Shown one piece after another: positions 26,231-32,000 of a DNA stretch of 32,000 bases. The position numbers and the translations under genes are program-made. The stretch's first letter is position 1. The number at the start of each line of letters is the position of its first letter. The notes beneath the pieces were generated by a model. It saw only the letters and a list, made by a program, of their open reading frames with translations. It was not told the origin of the DNA and did not search any database. This DNA comes from Staphylothermus hellenicus DSM 12710 (GTDB lineage: Archaea; Thermoproteota; Thermoprotei_A; Sulfolobales; Desulfurococcaceae): positions 1,410,001-1,442,000 of the forward strand of contig NC_014205.1 in NCBI RefSeq assembly GCF_000092465.1, given 5' to 3'.

Positions 26231-26554
26231 CTACGGTTTTCTCTCCAACTTTTTGACACATACATAACTCTTCAATAATTCATCAAAATACTCGTTAAAA
26301 TCTATACATTTATACGTATATTCTCCGATACGAACAAGTAAACCAATCCTTTTAAGTCTACGGAAAACACTATATGCAGTTTTACGGTTAAACAATAATT
26401 CATTAACTAGAACATCTATTAAATCACCAGTATTCCATACATTAGTCTTCTTTCTAACACATAATAGATAATATGCTATAAGCTCTCTTTTCTTCAATAA
26501 CCTGCTCCAACGAGACCTGCATTCTCCACTATTAACCAATCTATTTTTCCTCAC
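26231..26554 (-). CDS. Small basic protein, possible winged-helix DNA-binding protein
   Basis: 107 aa. TGDLIDVLVNELLFNRKTAYSVFRRLKRIGLLVRIGEYTY resembles an HTH plus wing. 4-nt overlap with the upstream ORF. Confidence 0.45.
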   Translation of the reverse strand: MRKNRLVNSGECRSRWSRLLKKRELIAYYLLCVRKKTNVWNTGDLIDVLVNELLFNRKTAYSVFRRLKRIGLLVRIGEYTYKCIDFNEYFDELLKSYVCVKKLERKP

Positions 26555-26925
26555 GTATACTCTTCTAAACCACCAGCACCCTGTTCCTCCTCATATAGTT
26601 CCACAACTATTCTAGCCTTAACTTCTTTACTACTAAATGGAGGAGGGGACTCTCCCAAATCAACAGCTATAACAACAGGATTACCCATACTATCCTTAAA
26701 CCTTATCTCCGCAACATATCTTCTCTTAGGTCCTTCTTGAAGATTCTTCATCAACGTATCCATAATCCTAGTAATCGCCATTTGAAAAGCAACAGGACTA
26801 GATAAGTCTTCAGGCTTCAAAACAAGATGACTAGCACCATTAAGAACTTGTCCAATACGGGCCTTAGCCTGAAACACTCTTAATACTTTAAACCCGTGTT
26901 CATCATAGTTACTCATATATAACAC
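26551..26925 (-). CDS. Hypothetical protein, 124 aa, acidic C-terminus
   Basis: ORF with coding-like composition, translationally coupled to the wHTH-like ORF. No motif recognised. Confidence 0.5.
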   Translation of the reverse strand: MLYMSNYDEHGFKVLRVFQAKARIGQVLNGASHLVLKPEDLSSPVAFQMAITRIMDTLMKNLQEGPKRRYVAEIRFKDSMGNPVVIAVDLGESPPPFSSKEVKARIVVELYEEEQGAGGLEEYT

Positions 26926-26982
26926 CCTAAACCTATCTATAAACTACAACAGTTATATATTGTAATCCCTCAACAACACTCA

Positions 26983-27678
26983 ATGGGAAAAAATATGCCG
27001 AGAATAGTTTCTGGAACAATACTGTTGGAACCATATAGTTTAAGATATGATGAAATAGGAAAGCTATTATGTGAAGCATTAAAGCAAGGCATCAAACAGA
27101 TCTTTTTCAACACTAAGCCGGGATATTCATTGGTAAGAATAGATGGGAAGGCATTTTATCAACCAATAGCCCCTCTTACAATAGTGTTTAATGGGAACAG
27201 TAGAGAAGCTTCTCTAACAATATGTTCCATACTAGAAAACAGTAGGTGCATAGAGCTATTAAGGGATACCTGGCTAGACATATCATCTATAAACACGGAG
27301 ATCCTTTATAAAACATATAGGCTAATAGAAAAAGGTGGCCGGGAAGAATTAAGAAACAACCTTACAATACATATCAAAAACATTAATAATGAAGAATATA
27401 TTGGTTACATGGTTATGGACTACATTAATACCCCTCTAACATGGCTTACCAGCAGAAAAGAATTCACCGACCCTATTTATAGGGGCGCTCTAGAAAAATA
27501 TATTAAAGCATATCCTCGAAAAATCATGCTCGGCTTCCTGATCAGAGAAAATAATATGGTTGAACCATACATAGTTGTTGAGCATAAAAACAACGAGATC
27601 CACGTAGAAATATATAAACCAGCTAAGCCTAGAATAGAGAAAATACTTTTCTGGCACATGGTTGACTTGTTATTGTAG
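26983..27678 (+). CDS. Hypothetical protein, 231 aa
   Basis: Long ORF divergent from 26551..26925 and convergent with XPB. No motif recognised. Confidence 0.5.
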   Translation: MGKNMPRIVSGTILLEPYSLRYDEIGKLLCEALKQGIKQIFFNTKPGYSLVRIDGKAFYQPIAPLTIVFNGNSREASLTICSILENSRCIELLRDTWLDISSINTEILYKTYRLIEKGGREELRNNLTIHIKNINNEEYIGYMVMDYINTPLTWLTSRKEFTDPIYRGALEKYIKAYPRKIMLGFLIRENNMVEPYIVVEHKNNEIHVEIYKPAKPRIEKILFWHMVDLLL

Positions 27679-27689
27679 AGAATTAACAG

Positions 27690-29336
27690 CTAGTATAAGT
27701 ATTCGTCGAGATCAATGCGTTTACGTTTCCTAGCCTGGTATTCTTCCGGGGTTTTCTCGAGAACTATTTCATATAATCTAGCCTCTCCACCATCAGGTTT
27801 AGGTCTAAGAATTCTTCCAAGTCTCTGAATAAATTGTCTACGCGAACCAGTTCCTGAAACAATTATTCCCACATTAGCATCTGGTATATCTAATCCTTCA
27901 TCACCAACAGTTGTTACAACAAGTATTCCATTATCCTTATTTTTAAATTCTACAAGTACTCTTTTTCTCTTCTCAACTGGAACCTCTCCTGTTAGGAGGT
28001 AAGCATTAAGCTTTTCAGCGATCTCATTGGCTTGTTCAATGTATTGGGTAAAAATAATTATTTTTGATCCCCTCCTATACTCTTTCTCAGCGATCTTAAC
28101 TGCTTTATCTATTTTAGACTTAGATTTAGCCAGGATCATTCTCATCTGATTATGTATTCTTAAAGCATTCTTAGCTCTCTCATCCCCTTTAAGAGCAGAA
28201 TCCAAGACTTCTTTAAAGCTTCTACCACCACTTAAAACTTTATATGTTTTCCTTAAATCTTCAAATAGTTTTTTCTCATCCCTTCCAAGACCAACTCTAA
28301 CAGTCAATACACGGTAGCGTGCTAAATAACCCATATTTGCTAGCTCAGCAGCTGATCGATGATAAATTATTCCACCCAGTAATGGGAAAAGTTCTTCATG
28401 CCTCCCATCCTCACGAACAGGAGTAGCTGATAAACCCATTCGATACCTTGAAATACTATGTATAGCTATATATCTGAATTTATCAGCTGGCAAATGATGG
28501 ACTTCGTCAACAATTAATAAGTTGAAGAAAGGCGATATCTCCTTGATATTCCTAAACCCGCTTTGATAAGTAGTTATAGTTATTGGAGCTAATCTTTTCT
28601 CCCTACTATAGATAAGCCCTACCAAGCCTGGCTCAGCAGTTGTATACTTATATATTTGTTCCCGCCACTGAAACATTTGTTCTCTCGTATAAGTTATTAT
28701 CAATGTTCTAAGACTTGTATGAGCAATAGCTGCGATACCTATAAGTGTCTTACCAGAACCTGTGGGGAGAGCAATTATTCCTCTACCATTATTCTTTACC
28801 CAAGCCTCTAACGCTTCTCTCTGATAAGGTCTAAGCTCCACCTTTCTAAGCTCGATTTTATAGGGAAGCTTTTTATCCCGTAATAACCCGTTGCGATCAA
28901 TTATTTCGAGTCCTTTTCCTCTAAGAACACCTATTAGATCCCATAGTTTATAAGGGATTAATTTATAAACAACACGGTCTCCACGATAACCTCTGAAACG
29001 AGCACCATTCCCTCTCAAAACATTTCTAATCCCACGATCAATACTTGTTGGAACAAGTAGTTCGACAAAGCCATTACTATTATTCCAATCAATAAGTATA
29101 GATAATGAGTTATAAAGGGACTTCAACTCCTCCAAACTAGAAGAATCAATTTCCAAACCATAATCCTCCAATAACCTTAAAACATCCTCTAAACCATAAC
29201 CATTCCGTAAAGCCTTATCAATATTAAAAACAAAAACCCCTCCAACACCCTTTTCAAAACCATTATAATCAGCTACTCGAAGAACCTCCCTAAACTCGTC
29301 ATTTTCAAGCCAACGCTTCGATCTAAAAATAATCAA
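27690..29336 (-). CDS. xpb: XPB/Rad25-type SF2 DNA helicase
   Basis: Motif I ALPTGSGKT, motif II VDEVHH, RED motif in LSATPVREDGR, motif V TTVGDEGLDIP, motif VI RQFIQRLGRILR. A ~190-aa N-terminal region precedes motif I. Confidence 0.85.
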   Translation of the reverse strand: MIIFRSKRWLENDEFREVLRVADYNGFEKGVGGVFVFNIDKALRNGYGLEDVLRLLEDYGLEIDSSSLEELKSLYNSLSILIDWNNSNGFVELLVPTSIDRGIRNVLRGNGARFRGYRGDRVVYKLIPYKLWDLIGVLRGKGLEIIDRNGLLRDKKLPYKIELRKVELRPYQREALEAWVKNNGRGIIALPTGSGKTLIGIAAIAHTSLRTLIITYTREQMFQWREQIYKYTTAEPGLVGLIYSREKRLAPITITTYQSGFRNIKEISPFFNLLIVDEVHHLPADKFRYIAIHSISRYRMGLSATPVREDGRHEELFPLLGGIIYHRSAAELANMGYLARYRVLTVRVGLGRDEKKLFEDLRKTYKVLSGGRSFKEVLDSALKGDERAKNALRIHNQMRMILAKSKSKIDKAVKIAEKEYRRGSKIIIFTQYIEQANEIAEKLNAYLLTGEVPVEKRKRVLVEFKNKDNGILVVTTVGDEGLDIPDANVGIIVSGTGSRRQFIQRLGRILRPKPDGGEARLYEIVLEKTPEEYQARKRKRIDLDEYLY

Positions 29337-29358
29337 TAAATAATCACCAACACCATGC

Positions 29359-29790
29359 TTATCCCAAATAAATCATTGCTTCCTCAACAGGTAATATACG
29401 GTAATACACATTATTCAATCCAGCAGATCCACATAAAAACCTATATGCCTTCACAGAAATATCCCTTGGTATATAAAAAAAGACCCTGCCCTTAATACTA
29501 CGAATAGTATCTGCTAATCTAAAAACATATTCTAGATCCCGATCTAATTTTTTATCGTGGCTCACAGAAACTATTACGCCATGAAATAAAACCCTAAACT
29601 CGCCCCCACCCAGAGGAGATGCTTGAAGAAACAAGCATACCTCGAAATCCCCGCATCTACGACACATCAAAACATATGGTTCTCCAGAACTAATAGACTC
29701 CCCTACAACCTCGTATAAATGATCTCTTCCAATACTAAACGATGAAAGAACAGGGTCATACTCCATTGATTTAATCAATACAGGGGTCAC
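29359..29790 (-). CDS. Hypothetical protein (143 aa from GTG, or 135 aa from ATG 29766) immediately upstream of XPB
   Basis: ORF on the same strand, 22 nt from the XPB start. It contains CRRCGDFEVC. No family recognised. Confidence 0.5.
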   Translation of the reverse strand: MTPVLIKSMEYDPVLSSFSIGRDHLYEVVGESISSGEPYVLMCRRCGDFEVCLFLQASPLGGGEFRVLFHGVIVSVSHDKKLDRDLEYVFRLADTIRSIKGRVFFYIPRDISVKAYRFLCGSAGLNNVYYRILPVEEAMIYLG

Positions 29791-29839
29791 CGCGTGGGTT
29801 ATTCTTCACTGGATCAGCACTTAAAACCATGCTCATCCC
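29787..29839 (-). ncRNA. Weak box C/D sRNA candidate
   Basis: Minus strand: GGGAUGA (29839-29833), 15 nt, CUGA (29817-29814), loop UCCA, GUGAAGA (29809-29803), 12 nt AUAACCCACGCG, GUGA (29790-29787, which is the GTG start of the ORF-track CDS). Confidence 0.3.
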
Positions 29840-29931
29840 CCCTCCGATAAATAAAGAATTTAAAATACATATTTAAAAACCTTATATCATGTTTTAAATC
29901 AAATAATGTAAAAAATTCATTATAAGAAAGG

Positions 29932-30753
29932 GTGTATAAAGAATTGGGCCGCAAAGTATCAGGTAGAAAAATAAAGGTTAGAATTCCCACTCAAGCAGAG
30001 ATAAACTATATGGCTGAGAGAATAAATAAGATATATAGTTCGCCGAAGCTTAACAAGTTAAAAGCAAGGTTAATGGCTAGTGAGGTTCTAAGACTGTTAA
30101 AACCCAGCTTCTCCTATAAATCATTATCAATACTTACAGGAATACCTGAATCAGTATTGTGCCGCTATGTTCGTGGAAACATTATTCCAAGCTATGAACA
30201 AGCAGTTAATATTCTAGCTAAAATATCTTTATCCGTAGATATAGATTACCTATTAAGAGAACTTGTTGAAAGAGAGAAAAGCACCATTATTGATTTATCA
30301 CGTGTTCTCAAAGACCCATATATTATAAGATTGTTAACTATCATGTTGATACTCGAGCTCGGAGGTAGGGATATAACGAAAATAATAGCTACAGCTGAAG
30401 CAGTATTACCATTAGCAACTATGATCGGGTTAGAAATAAATACACCAATAGTATTAGTTAAGAGAAGAGCGTATCCAGGAGTAAAATATTATAGTGCAAT
30501 AATTGTTAGATCACCTAAGGTATCCGAAACACTACACCTAGACAAAGACCTTGTCAATAAAAGAGATAACGTCCTAATATTAGCGGATGTAGTATATACT
30601 GGTAAAACACTTAGCGGAGTAATAAGTTTACTGGAGAGAGCCCGGGCAAAGATCTCGGATATAATAGTTATACTAGCACTCGGAGATAGATGGAAGACAA
30701 GGCTGGAAGAATACAATGTTAAACCATTAACAAAGATACCATACCCCTTCTAA
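29932..30753 (+). CDS. HTH domain fused to a phosphoribosyltransferase-like domain (PurR/GfcR-like regulator candidate)
   Basis: N-terminal LSILTGIPESVLCRYVRGNIIP (HTH). C-terminal PRPP-loop-like VLILADVVYTGKTLSG in which the first acidic residue of the usual DD pair is Ala. Confidence 0.65.
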   Translation: MYKELGRKVSGRKIKVRIPTQAEINYMAERINKIYSSPKLNKLKARLMASEVLRLLKPSFSYKSLSILTGIPESVLCRYVRGNIIPSYEQAVNILAKISLSVDIDYLLRELVEREKSTIIDLSRVLKDPYIIRLLTIMLILELGGRDITKIIATAEAVLPLATMIGLEINTPIVLVKRRAYPGVKYYSAIIVRSPKVSETLHLDKDLVNKRDNVLILADVVYTGKTLSGVISLLERARAKISDIIVILALGDRWKTRLEEYNVKPLTKIPYPF

Positions 30754-30833
30754 CATGTTTCTAACAAATTATTGGGAATATCGTGGGTAACTTATTTTTA
30801 TATATAAAACAATATAATTACTCATAAAGAAAG

Positions 30834-31277
30834 ATGTTGGACCAAGTTCTCAACGGTGTATTGCTTATGAAGATAAGGGAGATCGTGAAAGTTGATTCTA
30901 AGGGTAGAATAACTATACCCCTAACAATACGTGAAGCCCTAGATATAAGAGAGAGAATGACTGTTCTATTAATAGCTGATAAAGAAAGGAAAGAAATAAT
31001 AGTTTCTCCAATACCTGAAAGAGCAAAACTTATAGAGTTAACGATTAGAGTAGAGGATCGGCCGGGTGTATTAGCTGAGCTTACAAGAGAACTAGCTAAT
31101 AAAGGAATAGATATCATAGCGACAAAATGCATAGTGTTGAAACGAGGAGAAATGGGAGAATGCTATATGGTAGTCGACTTATCCCGCTCACTAATAACTA
31201 ACCTGAGAGAATTAGAGGAAGCACTGCAAAAGCTGGAACCGGTAAGAGAAGCAAGAGCACAAGAAATACATAGCTAA
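30834..31277 (+). CDS. AbrB/SpoVT-type DNA-binding domain fused to an ACT domain
   Basis: VKVDSKGRITIPLTIREALDI (SpoVT-AbrB) followed by LTIRVEDRPGVLAELTRELANKGIDII (ACT). ATG 30834 lies ~26 nt downstream of TTTTTATATATAAAA and could be leaderless. The alternative start is ATG 30867. Confidence 0.75.
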   Translation: MLDQVLNGVLLMKIREIVKVDSKGRITIPLTIREALDIRERMTVLLIADKERKEIIVSPIPERAKLIELTIRVEDRPGVLAELTRELANKGIDIIATKCIVLKRGEMGECYMVVDLSRSLITNLRELEEALQKLEPVREARAQEIHS

Positions 31278-31319
31278 CATTTTAAACAATAAATTCAACT
31301 AGTAGGGGGCCAGTAATCT

Positions 31320-32000
31320 TTGGGTAAAATAGTGAAGATAGGCTGCTGCGGATTCCCTGTCTCTAGGAGAAAATACTATGTAATACATCGATTAGTAGAG
31401 CTGCAAAAAACATTTTATAATCTACCAAGTAGGAAATGGGCCGAGAAAATCAGGGCTGAAGCCCCTCGAGAATTCGAGTTCACAGTTAAAGCATGGCAAG
31501 TAATAACTCATCCACATAGAAGCCCTACATGGAGAAAACTCCAAAACAAACCAGCCGGTAATATTGAAAACTATGGATGGCTTAAACCTACAAATGAAAA
31601 TATTGAAGCATTAACGAAAACATTGGAGATAGCAGATGTTCTAGGAGCTAAAATCATAGTTTTACAAACACCTGGATCAATGCCTTACAGTGAAGAATCA
31701 AAGAAATGGGTATATGAATTCTTTGATAAAGCAGGAGAAACTGTTTCTAACAATTATTTGCTTGGATGGGAACCGAGGGGTGAGTGGGCTAAGCATATAA
31801 GTGAGTATAGGGAGATCCTCCGCGAACACCGCATAATACATGTTGTCGACCCCTTTAGATACGAATCTGTAAGCATAGTTGATGGGATCGCGTATTATAG
31901 GTTACACGGGATAGGAGGGGGCGAAGTAAATTATAGGTATAAGTATAGTGTTGAAGACCTAGAGAAACTAGCATCAATATTGGAAAAAACAGTTTTTGAA
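31320..32000 (+). CDS. DUF72-family protein (3' end lies outside the window; not in the ORF track)
   Basis: The frame is open from TTG 31320 / GTG 31332 to the window end. KIGCCGFPVSRRKYY...LVELQKTFYNLPS...FEFTVKAWQVITH matches the DUF72 (UPF0759) N-terminal pattern. Confidence 0.7.
   Translation, partial: MGKIVKIGCCGFPVSRRKYYVIHRLVELQKTFYNLPSRKWAEKIRAEAPREFEFTVKAWQVITHPHRSPTWRKLQNKPAGNIENYGWLKPTNENIEALTKTLEIADVLGAKIIVLQTPGSMPYSEESKKWVYEFFDKAGETVSNNYLLGWEPRGEWAKHISEYREILREHRIIHVVDPFRYESVSIVDGIAYYRLHGIGGGEVNYRYKYSVEDLEKLASILEKTVFE

Noticed and set aside
15037-31132. Further shadow ORFs: 15037-15315, 15409-15753, 16303-16560, 17799-18155, 18938-19360, 20314-20565, 20977-21579, 24557-24745, 25542-25775, 25929-26150, 27477-27659, 30489-30716, 30818-31132.
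   Set aside because: The reasoning is the same. For example, 15409-15753 overlaps the radA N-terminus and 30818-31132 is antisense to the AbrB-ACT gene.
1-32000. CRISPR arrays, tRNA/rRNA genes, IS elements, integrases, prophage or defence islands.
   Set aside because: No regularly spaced direct repeats, no cloverleaf-capable GC-rich segments beyond the sRNA candidates, and no transposase, integrase or nuclease-NTPase defence signatures were seen in any frame.

Overview
This window looks like core chromosome of an AT-rich hyperthermophilic crenarchaeon. The order is not assignable from sequence alone; the full-length ThrRS argues against Sulfolobales, so possibly Desulfurococcales. Recognisable genes are rtcB (partial), a three-gene type IV pilus-like operon, topoisomerase VI B and A, a four-gene CUT1-type sugar ABC transporter, an ASCH-domain protein, archaeal ThrRS, RadA, a PibD/FlaK-type prepilin peptidase and a HIT protein. 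Further along are an MgtC/DUF4010 membrane protein, Alba2, reverse gyrase, Alba1, XPB helicase, an HTH-PRTase-like protein, an AbrB-ACT protein and a partial DUF72 gene. I see no transposase, integrase, CRISPR array, tRNA or rRNA gene, and no obvious defence island. The main content missed by the ORF track is a layer of small elements at gene boundaries. There are up to eight box C/D sRNA candidates, six of whose boxes share a non-canonical RUGAAGA sequence, and some guides appear antisense to conserved rRNA segments as I recall them. There is also a 51-aa zinc-ribbon ORF coupled by an ATGA overlap, and a possible CTG-initiated 73-aa ORF behind a GGTGA Shine-Dalgarno-like motif. The protein-coding unknowns most worth follow-up are the small ORF upstream of XPB, the overlapping gene pair between XPB and Alba, and the single-pilin pilus locus. 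All functional calls rest on motifs read by eye and no database search was possible.
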